From NCBI GenBank assembly GCA_034722055.1, contig JAYENL010000076.1:1-10129 (forward strand): a DNA stretch of 10,129 nt, written 5' to 3'. Shown piece after piece: positions 1 through 6,742 of this stretch. The notes under the pieces are model-generated. The model was not told the DNA's origin. It saw nothing but the letters and a program-made list of their open reading frames with translations, and did no database searches. The stretch comes from Armatimonadota bacterium. GTDB lineage: Bacteria > Armatimonadota > Zipacnadia > Zipacnadales > UBA5352. The position numbers and the translations under genes were made by a program. The first letter of the stretch is position 1. Each line of letters opens with the position of its first letter.

Positions 1-1
1 G

Positions 2-1300
2 GTGGAGAATCAACAGGTGCGCGGCGGCCTGGCCGAACTGGGCGGCGAGATCGAGGGCGAGGCGGTTCGATTCCCGCCCGAGGTGGTCGAGGAGCTGATC
101 GACGGCTCTGAGCGCCCTAACCCGCCGCAGGCCACGCCCACGGTGCGCTCGGTCGCCGGCGTTTCAGTGGGCCGAGTGCTGGACCCGCAAACCGGGCACT
201 ACGAGCCGTGGACCGAGCCGGCCTTCGCCGAGTACGTGAAGCTGGCCCACCATCTGGAGCACGTGCAGGGGGCGTCGCTGCTGGGCTGCCCCTTCGACTA
301 CCCCCACGCCCTGCATCCGCTGTATCAGCGCCTGGTTTGCTACCGGCACGGCGCGCGCTCTGGCGGGTCGCTGTGGGATGCGCGGCTGCTGCCCTTCATC
401 GAGGAGATGACAGCCGTCATCGCACAGGCGCGCAGCGTGCCCTTCGGCAGCGAGTGGAACGCGGCGGTCTACCTGCAATCGCCACTGAAGTTCGGCAGCG
501 TGGAGGCGGAGCACTTCGCGTGGTGCACCGAGCGCGGCTACAGTTGCGCCGTCGGACACATGATGGCCGCCGGGGCCACCGGCCCGGCGACCATCGCGGG
601 CTCGGTGGCGCTGTTCCTGGCCGAGCACCTGTTCATCGCTTTGCTGCGGCGGGCGTTCTACGGCGACCGGCGGCTGCGGCTGCACTGCTCCGTCTCAGTG
701 CTGGACATGCATGGGGGGATCCACGCCTACGGCGCGCCGGAGCGACCGCTGGCGAACATGATGATGGCGCAGATGGCGCGGCACTACGGGGTGCCGTTCA
801 GCGGCCATGGCGGAGCCACCGACGCCAAGGCGCCGTCGGTGGAGGCCGGCGCCCAGAAGGTGCTCACCTGCCTGCCGATCCTGCTCTGTGGAGGCTCGGC
901 GAGCATCAGCGCCGGGCGGCTCTCCAGCGACGAGGTGTACTCGCCGCTGCAGATGGTCATCGACAACGAGCTGGTGGGCTGCCTGAAGCGCTTCGCAGCG
1001 GGCGTGGAGGTGAGCGGGGAGACCCTGGCGGTGGATGTCATTCGGGAGGTGGGCCCCGGCGGGCAGTTCCTCGACGCCGAGCACACCGCGGAGTGGTTCC
1101 GCCGCGAGCACTGGCTGCCGGAGGTCTTCACGCGGCAGTCTCTGGCCTCCTGGATGCAGGGCGATCGGCGGACGGACATCGATCGCGCGCGGGAGGTCTA
1201 CGACCGCCTGATGGCGCTGCCCGATCCGCCCCGGGGCGATCCCGCGGTCATCGAGAAGCTCCAGCGGGTCATCGACCGCGCCGCCGAGGCCGTCGCATGA
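2..1300 (+). CDS. Trimethylamine methyltransferase (MttB/MtgB superfamily) homolog, non-pyrrolysine type; 5' end probably outside the window
   Basis: Family-typical segments: VRFPPEVVEELI, SPLKF, MAAGATGPATIAGSVAL, QMARHYGVP, TDAKAPSVEAGAQK, YSPLQMVIDNE, ETLAVDVIREVGPGGQFLDAEHT. The frame is open from the window edge, so GTG at 2 is probably an internal Val. Stop TGA at 1298-1300; no in-frame TAG. Confidence 0.9.
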   Translation: MENQQVRGGLAELGGEIEGEAVRFPPEVVEELIDGSERPNPPQATPTVRSVAGVSVGRVLDPQTGHYEPWTEPAFAEYVKLAHHLEHVQGASLLGCPFDYPHALHPLYQRLVCYRHGARSGGSLWDARLLPFIEEMTAVIAQARSVPFGSEWNAAVYLQSPLKFGSVEAEHFAWCTERGYSCAVGHMMAAGATGPATIAGSVALFLAEHLFIALLRRAFYGDRRLRLHCSVSVLDMHGGIHAYGAPERPLANMMMAQMARHYGVPFSGHGGATDAKAPSVEAGAQKVLTCLPILLCGGSASISAGRLSSDEVYSPLQMVIDNELVGCLKRFAAGVEVSGETLAVDVIREVGPGGQFLDAEHTAEWFRREHWLPEVFTRQSLASWMQGDRRTDIDRAREVYDRLMALPDPPRGDPAVIEKLQRVIDRAAEAVA

Positions 1301-1308
1301 GTCCGGAG

Positions 1309-1330
1309 GGACGCATCTTCAGATGCGTCC
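1309..1330. repeat. Perfect inverted repeat GGACGCATCT-TC-AGATGCGTCC just after the mttB-like stop (REP-like or terminator-like hairpin)
   Basis: 10-bp perfect arms, 8 nt after the stop, in a convergent spacer, preceded by GGAG. There is no poly-T tail on either side, so it is not a classic intrinsic terminator. Confidence 0.6.
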
Positions 1331-1377
1331 GCCGTTCGTCTGTCGTTGTCGTGGAAGGCTCGCGTGTCCAGATTCGT

Positions 1378-1398
1378 CGCGTCGTGCCGCCCGACGCG
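1378..1398. repeat. Hairpin CGCGTCG-N7-CGACGCG just downstream of the pqaA-like stop
   Basis: 7-bp perfect arms located 6 nt past the minus-strand TAG at 1405-1407. Confidence 0.4.
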
Positions 1399-1404
1399 CT
1401 TGCT

Positions 1405-2691
1405 CTATTCCATCCCCTCCGGGCCGATGATGCGCACGTTCGTTGACACCGGGAACTCCTGGCCGCCGAGGTCGTAGACGACCTCCCCGAAGATCGCCGC
1501 GTAGCCCTCATCGGGATGCAGCAGCCGGCAGAGATAGCGGTCGTCGCGCTCGATGGCCGGCTCCTCCTCCCAGGTGGCCTCGCGGAAGTCCCGCGTTGGG
1601 GCACGGGCGGTGAGTTGCGTGACACGCTTGACGTTGGCGCCTGGCTGGATGTGCAGCTTGAGGTAGCTGCCAACCTCGAACTGCCAACTCGGGCGTGGCA
1701 GCGAGGCGCGGCCGGTGCATACCATGAAGAACCCCACCTGAGCGTTGATGACCCGCATGATGTCATTGAGCCCATGGCCGGAGTTGGGCACGTAGAGGAT
1801 GTACTTCGGCTCCGGCAGCTCGTCCCAGTAGAGGTTCGCGGCGTCCAGCGGCCAGTAGGGGTCATTGGTCCCGGTGATGATCAGCTTGGGGATGGTGACG
1901 CGATGCCGCAGGGTGTAGGGGTCCACGATCGCGCCGAGGCGCATCCCCTCAGCGGTCCTGAGCATCTGCGGCAGCCCGCGCTCGGTGTAGTCGTGGATCT
2001 GCGCGCTGTAGTCCCCCCACGCGATGAGGTGCTGGCGCATCTGGGCGGGGAGGTTGAGGTTGTCGTAGACCATCGGTGCGATGCCTTTCAGCCGTCCCGG
2101 AACGACCGCACCGGTGAACCAGGTTGTCCACCCCCGCTTTGAGGCGCCCGTGGCCACGAAGCTGGTGATGGGCCGCTCCCACTCATCGGCCGTGTACTGC
2201 TCCACCGCGTCCATGGTCTTCACGGCCGCCTTGGTCATGGGGAACAGCAGCGGCCAGTTCGCGTCGTGCGTCTCCAGGTAGTTGCTGAAGGTGAAGGCGA
2301 TCAGCGCGTCCTCCGTGAGGTCGTCGAAGAGCGGCTGGTTGGGGATGTCGCCCAGGATGACCACCGGGGAGGAGAGCATGGTGGCCGCGGTGCTGAGCAT
2401 GGTCAGCTCGTCGCGGTCCGGCGCCCCCCCCGTAATCAGCAGCAGCGCGGTCTCCGGGTGCGTCATCTCGTCCGGCACCATCAGGTAGACGCGGTGCGTC
2501 CAGGTGATGTCCTGCCAGGTCTGGGAGGTGACCTTCAGGTGCGTCACCGACACCGTGCCCATGGTCTCCTCGTCGGTCTTCTCCCACGCATAGGCAGGCT
2601 CGGGCCGGTTGACGTAGTCCAGTATCGGCTGCCCCCAGGCGGTCGTTGTGATCAGCAGAGCCACTCCAATCAGGATGAGACGCTTCGTCAT
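1405..2691 (-). CDS. PqaA-family (PhoPQ-activated pathogenicity-related) alpha/beta-hydrolase-fold protein, probably secreted
   Basis: Motifs LDYVNRPEPAYAW, VTSQTW, IPNQPL, EDALIA, WPLLFPMTKAAVKTMD, GASKRGWTTW (2131-2148 encode GASKRG), IVDPY, GTNDPYW, VPNSGH. N-terminus MTKRLILIGVALLITTTAWG looks like a Sec signal peptide. GGAGG at 2705-2701 favours ATG 2691 over GTG 2700 or ATG 2697. Confidence 0.88.
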   Translation of the reverse strand: MTKRLILIGVALLITTTAWGQPILDYVNRPEPAYAWEKTDEETMGTVSVTHLKVTSQTWQDITWTHRVYLMVPDEMTHPETALLLITGGAPDRDELTMLSTAATMLSSPVVILGDIPNQPLFDDLTEDALIAFTFSNYLETHDANWPLLFPMTKAAVKTMDAVEQYTADEWERPITSFVATGASKRGWTTWFTGAVVPGRLKGIAPMVYDNLNLPAQMRQHLIAWGDYSAQIHDYTERGLPQMLRTAEGMRLGAIVDPYTLRHRVTIPKLIITGTNDPYWPLDAANLYWDELPEPKYILYVPNSGHGLNDIMRVINAQVGFFMVCTGRASLPRPSWQFEVGSYLKLHIQPGANVKRVTQLTARAPTRDFREATWEEEPAIERDDRYLCRLLHPDEGYAAIFGEVVYDLGGQEFPVSTNVRIIGPEGME

Positions 2692-2706
2692 GACCATCAC
2701 CCTCCG

Positions 2707-4074
2707 TCAGTCCATCAGTCGCGCGTTGTACTGCCGCGGCCCGTGTGCGTATCCCCGGTAGGCCGCCTCATTCAGGGGCTGCGGGGTGTAGATGAACACC
2801 GAGGCCGCGAGAGGGTCGTAGAGCACGAGCTCCTCGCGCTCGTCGCCGCAGAGGTCGGCCGGGAAGCAGTGATACCAGCCCTGGTTCCCGCCGCTGGGCT
2901 CGGGCAGCTCGGGGAGGTGGCTGATCAGCCCACCGTGGCCGTCCACCAGTGCCGCAGGGGTGTAGATCACCTCCGGCTGATTCGGCCCCTCCCACCGCAC
3001 TACCTCCAGGCCGGTGTTGTTGGGCGAGCCCGGCACCCCGAAGCGATCCAGGATCTCTCCGCCCCGCCCCACGACCATCAGCTTCGGCGTGTGCCCATCG
3101 TAGCGGATGACCATCTCCGGTCCGTCGCGGTCCTCCCGCAGGTCCCCACAGCGGATCTCCTGGCCGTGCGGCACCAGCTCCGGCCCCAGCCTGATCAGCG
3201 GCTGGCCGCGCTCGTCGAGCACCTGACCGTAGCCGGAGATGATGGCCCGCAGGCGGCCATCCCACTCCTCGATGAGCACGGAGTCATTGTGCCGCGCCTG
3301 GAACCGCTCCCACAGCGGCGTGCCGTCCTCGTCGAGAACCGTGTTGCCCAGGTTCACCTCATCGCGGCCGTCGCCGTCGAGGTCGCCGACCGCGGGGATG
3401 TAGGCACAGTGGTGGGGGTAGCGATTCCAGGGGCAGTCGTAGGTCCACAGCACCTCCAGCCCGGCGCCGAAGGCGAAGACCCTCTGCCCCACCTTCACGA
3501 CGAAGTCCCCCGACCGGCCTCGTCCCCGCAGGTCGCAGAGCATCAGCCGCTGGTGGACGTAGTTCGGCGGCAGCAGCTCGCCGTCCACGTAGCCGTCGGC
3601 CGCCTGCAGCTTCTCGCAGGCTTCCCGCTGCTTGACCTCGCCGGTAGCGCCGTCCAGCACCACCAGCTCTACACCGTCCATGCGCCAGTGGTGCGTGCGC
3701 GTGAGCTCATCGGCGAGCACGAGCGCCAGCACCTCGGTCCGCCCGTCGCCGTCGATGTCGGCGACCGCCACCGGGCCGGGCCGCTCCGGAGGCTCCAGGC
3801 CGCGGCGCTCCTCGCCGTCCTCCTCGATGACGGTGACCTCGCGGCCCGGATCGCCGAAGCTCCACAGCGGGTCACCGTTGAGGTCGAAGGCACCGATGAA
3901 GGCGGGCTTGAGTCCGGCCAGGTTGCGGTAGACCACGAACTCCACCCGGCCGTCGCCATCGAGGTCGCCGATGCGCAGGTCCCCGCCGCAGGGCCCGGCC
4001 GGGCCATCGCCGAGCATCTGCTCCGGCACGCGCACCTGGCGCCACAGGAGAGCCTCGCCGCGTGAAGCAGTCAT
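2707..4074 (-). CDS. FG-GAP/VCBS-repeat beta-propeller protein, resembling the propeller region of PL11 rhamnogalacturonan lyases
   Basis: Repeated Ca-binding DxDGDG loops: GDLDGDGRVEFVV, VAVADIDGDGRTEVL, PAVGDLDGDGRDEV, GDLREDRDGPEMV, PADLCGDEREELVLY. Also a HNDS segment and HGQE...GD. Purine-rich RBS region upstream. No obvious signal peptide. Enzyme activity is not established. Confidence 0.7.
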   Translation of the reverse strand: MTASRGEALLWRQVRVPEQMLGDGPAGPCGGDLRIGDLDGDGRVEFVVYRNLAGLKPAFIGAFDLNGDPLWSFGDPGREVTVIEEDGEERRGLEPPERPGPVAVADIDGDGRTEVLALVLADELTRTHHWRMDGVELVVLDGATGEVKQREACEKLQAADGYVDGELLPPNYVHQRLMLCDLRGRGRSGDFVVKVGQRVFAFGAGLEVLWTYDCPWNRYPHHCAYIPAVGDLDGDGRDEVNLGNTVLDEDGTPLWERFQARHNDSVLIEEWDGRLRAIISGYGQVLDERGQPLIRLGPELVPHGQEIRCGDLREDRDGPEMVIRYDGHTPKLMVVGRGGEILDRFGVPGSPNNTGLEVVRWEGPNQPEVIYTPAALVDGHGGLISHLPELPEPSGGNQGWYHCFPADLCGDEREELVLYDPLAASVFIYTPQPLNEAAYRGYAHGPRQYNARLMD

Positions 4075-4120
4075 TCCTCGTCTCCCTCGCCCTTCGGTGG
4101 CGCGTCCGCACGCACGGATG

Positions 4121-4234
4121 GCGGGCTGGAAGCCGGCCCCACGCGGGGATGGTCGCGGAGCCGTGAGCCTCCTGTCGGGCTGGAAGCCCGACCTACGCGG
4201 AGGGGAACGGAATCGCCGTGGCCGTCCGCTCTAC
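4121..4234 (-). repeat. Three tandem REP-like hairpins between the fucI-like gene and the beta-propeller gene
   Basis: Minus strand: GTAGAGCGGA...TCCGTTC (4234-4205, degenerate), GTAG-GTCGGGCT-TCC-AGCCCGAC (4196-4174, perfect 8-bp stem), GTGGGGCCGGCTTCCAGCCCGC (4142-4121, imperfect). 4172-4199 is the exact reverse complement of 6148-6175. Confidence 0.8.
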
Positions 4235-5949
4235 CGCCCCGCCAGCATCAGCTTGGTCTGGGTCTCGCCTCCGTTGATGACATACAGCAGCGGCATGGGC
4301 CGATCCACGCCCTCGATGAACCCCGGCCGGGCCTCCCAGGGCGTCGCCGAGAGCACGTTCGCCAGGTCCATCCAGTACTCCAGGCGCTTGGGCGTAAGGC
4401 CCCAGGTCATGTGGAAGTGGTTCGCGGGCGCGAACTGCTTGTACTCCACCATGGTGGCGTACGTGGGCGTCACGAAAGTGTGCGGCCAGGTGGCTGTGGA
4501 GGTCTCGCAGACGGCGTCGGAGAGCCTCTCGGGCAGCTCGACGGTGATGGCCTCGTCCCAGATCATCGAGAAGGTGTTGCTCAGCGCGCTGTAGGTGATG
4601 CGGCCGGCGATGCCCTCGATGCCCCCGGGGGAGACGAAGGTCACGGAGTTGCCGCCGCCGGGGAAGTAGAACTCGTCGGCCAGGGGCATGCTCACCGTGG
4701 ACATGATCTCGTCCACGCTGGCGCCCGGCTCGGCGGCCCAGTCGAAGGAGGCGCTGCCGGAGTTGTCGCCATCCACGAAGCCGCGCTCGCGCCAGATGGC
4801 TTCCGGCTCCACGTCGCCCAGGCCCAGGTCCTCGGCCAGGCTCTCGATCTCCCACGGCTCCCAGACCTTGCGGAAGTCCATGAACAGCGGCGGGTTGCCA
4901 CCGGTTAGATAGGTGAAGGCCAGCATGGTGAGCAGGCCCTGCACGTCGGCCTCGGTGGCGTAGGGCACGGGGGCCTTGGGGCCGTTGTGGTCGAAGGTGG
5001 AGTTGAACAGCGACTCCATCACGTCGGCCACCGGCAGTGGGATGCCGCGGGGGTCCGAACCCCACTCGAGCTGGCTCATGAAGCCGCCGCCCACCGCGCC
5101 GAGGTCGTCCATGAGGTCGCGCACGATCAGATACATCGCCAGCGACTGATTGAAGCGCTCGGAGTCCTCCTCACCATTCAGCTCCAGGCGGTCGCCGACG
5201 TGGTCATCGATCCACCCCCGCAGCGCTGCCAGCTCGCTGGCGTCGTAGGCGCCCTTCTTCAGCATGTCCGCCAGCAGCTTCATGTCCAGGCGCGTGATCT
5301 CCAGGCCCAGGATGTTGCGGGTGGGAATCACGTGCGCCAGGGCCGTCTCCATCCCCATGGAGTCGTGGCCGAAGATCACCACCCGGCGACCCTTGAGGGC
5401 CTGGCGGGTGACTGCGGCGTAGGCCCACTCCACCAGCTCGTCGGCGGTGGCGTCGCTCATCTCCGGCTCCTGGCCGGTGTCGGGCCAGTTCCCTACGTTG
5501 ATGTGCACCAGGCGCCCGTACTGTGAGATGGCTCCGGACGCGGCGTGCACGAAGACCACGCCGGGCTTGGGGCCGGAGTTGCCGCAGGTGAGGTTGACGG
5601 GCGTGTCCTCGGGGAACTGCTCGATGAGCGAGATCACTGAGAGCTGTGGGAAGGCCCAGGTGTCGGGGACGCAGACGATGATGTTGACGCCGGCGCCCTT
5701 GAGCTGCTGCGCGACGGTGTCGGCCTGCGGCTCGCCGTCGATGAGCACGTCGGAGTAGACCACCGGGACCGCCGTGCCGTCGGGCATCTGCAGGCGGTCG
5801 GCGAGGATGTCGGCGGTCATCCGGATGATGTTCTGAGCGCGCATCCGACTCTCCTGATCGATCCGCGGATCGCACGTGGCGCACACGCCGATGACCGGGA
5901 TGGCGCTCTCCGTCAGGTCCTCAGTGCCAAGCTTGGTCGCCTCAGGCAT
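4231..5949 (-). CDS. fucI: L-fucose isomerase / D-arabinose isomerase family protein
   Basis: 572 aa with FucI-like segments: IGVCATCDPR, KPGVVF, SMGM, GGFMSQLEW, FNSTFDHNGPK, ATEADVQG (metal Glu), FMDFRKVW (metal Asp), NSGSASFD, YFPGGG, TWPHTF, ANH (metal His). RBS GAAGGGAG upstream of ATG 5949. The family call is firm; the exact substrate is less certain. Confidence 0.8.
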   Translation of the reverse strand: MPEATKLGTEDLTESAIPVIGVCATCDPRIDQESRMRAQNIIRMTADILADRLQMPDGTAVPVVYSDVLIDGEPQADTVAQQLKGAGVNIIVCVPDTWAFPQLSVISLIEQFPEDTPVNLTCGNSGPKPGVVFVHAASGAISQYGRLVHINVGNWPDTGQEPEMSDATADELVEWAYAAVTRQALKGRRVVIFGHDSMGMETALAHVIPTRNILGLEITRLDMKLLADMLKKGAYDASELAALRGWIDDHVGDRLELNGEEDSERFNQSLAMYLIVRDLMDDLGAVGGGFMSQLEWGSDPRGIPLPVADVMESLFNSTFDHNGPKAPVPYATEADVQGLLTMLAFTYLTGGNPPLFMDFRKVWEPWEIESLAEDLGLGDVEPEAIWRERGFVDGDNSGSASFDWAAEPGASVDEIMSTVSMPLADEFYFPGGGNSVTFVSPGGIEGIAGRITYSALSNTFSMIWDEAITVELPERLSDAVCETSTATWPHTFVTPTYATMVEYKQFAPANHFHMTWGLTPKRLEYWMDLANVLSATPWEARPGFIEGVDRPMPLLYVINGGETQTKLMLAGR

Positions 5950-6048
5950 GTCCGGTTCTCCCTTCCTTCAGGGTGGTGGTAACCACCGCTTGTGTGCGTT
6001 TCGGCCGGACCGAGTCTTCGCGCCGGAGCGTGGGAGACCTGCACCAGG

Positions 6049-6114
6049 CCGGGCGCTGTCGCGAGCCCCATCCTTCGCTTAGGCGCGCGGGCAGGAGTGC
6101 CCGTCCCACGCAAC
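6049..6114. repeat. Internally deleted third copy of the REP module (leader fused to the last hairpin)
   Basis: CCGGGCGCTGTCGCGAG at 6049-6065 recurs at 6386-6402. It is followed by CCCATCCTTCGCTTAGG and then directly by GCGGGCAGGAGTGCCCGTCCCACGCAACG, which matches the end of the full module. Confidence 0.7.
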
Positions 6115-6137
6115 GCCGCCCTGCCGTTGCCGCGAGC

Positions 6138-6605
6138 GCCCATCCTTCGCGTAGGTCGGGCTTCCAGCCCGACAGCAGCAAACGGCGTGCGGAGGGGGGC
6201 CTCCGCACCACGGGCAGAGACAAAAGCTCTCCAGCGTCCGGAGGCCCGCAAACCGGCCGGGGCGCCCGCCTCCCACAATCATGCAACGGTTCGGGCGCCA
6301 CGAAACGGCGCACGGGCAGGAGTGCCCGTGCCACGGAACGGCGCCGTTCGCCGTGCCGTTTGAAGCGGCGCGACTACACTCGCGCCCGGGCGCTGTCGCG
6401 AGGCCCATCCCTCGCGTAGGTCGGGCTTCCAGCCCGACAGCAGCAAACGGCGTGCGGAGGGGGGCCTCCGCACCACGGGCAGAGACAAAAGGTGTCCAGC
6501 GTCCGGAGGCCCGCAAACCGGCCGGGGCGGCCGCCTCCCACAATCATGCAACGGTTCGGGCGCCACGAAACGGCGCACGGGCAGGAGTGCCCGTGCCACG
6601 GAACG
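6138..6605. repeat. Two direct copies of a ~203-bp multi-REP module (6138-6340 and 6403-6605; period 265 bp)
   Basis: Manual alignment shows 4 mismatches. Each copy carries four hairpins: + strand GTAG-GTCGGGCT/AGCCCGAC (6151-6173; 6416-6438), and on the minus strand GTGG-TGCGGAGG (6187-6211; 6452-6476), GTGG-GAGGCGG (6255-6276; 6520-6541, imperfect) and GTGG-CACGGGCA (6310-6334; 6575-6599). Confidence 0.93.
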
Positions 6606-6650
6606 ACAGGGCTTCAGGCCTTTGCCGTCAGACGTTGTCGTGTGCCGGTA

Positions 6651-6738
6651 GCTGATGGCTGATAGCTGACCGCTGATAGCTGACCGCTGATAGCTGACCG
6701 CTGATAGCTGACCGCTGATAGCTGACCGCTGATAGCTG
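6651..6738. repeat. Tandem heptamer array (GCTGATA/GCTGACC alternating, 14-bp period), 12 units
   Basis: Directly visible; begins 4 nt after the sulfatase stop codon on the minus strand. Confidence 0.97.
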
Positions 6739-6742
6739 CCAT

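Noticed and set aside
2..1300. Pyrrolysine or selenocysteine recoding
   Set aside because: No in-frame TAG or TGA inside the gene, and all other genes end at family-appropriate lengths.
1297..1446. 49-aa ORF starting at the ATGA overlap with the mttB-like stop
   Set aside because: It runs through two hairpins, overlaps the convergent pqaA 3' end and has no recognisable features.
2266..4065. 599-aa plus-strand ORF and other long antisense or shifted ORFs (208-1446, 4193-5065, 7316-8260, 8805-10037)
   Set aside because: Shadow ORFs of high-GC genes; they overlap well-supported CDSs and have no recognisable motifs.
6049..6605. CRISPR array
   Set aside because: The sequence between hairpins is duplicated rather than unique, the hairpins differ from each other, and no cas genes are present.
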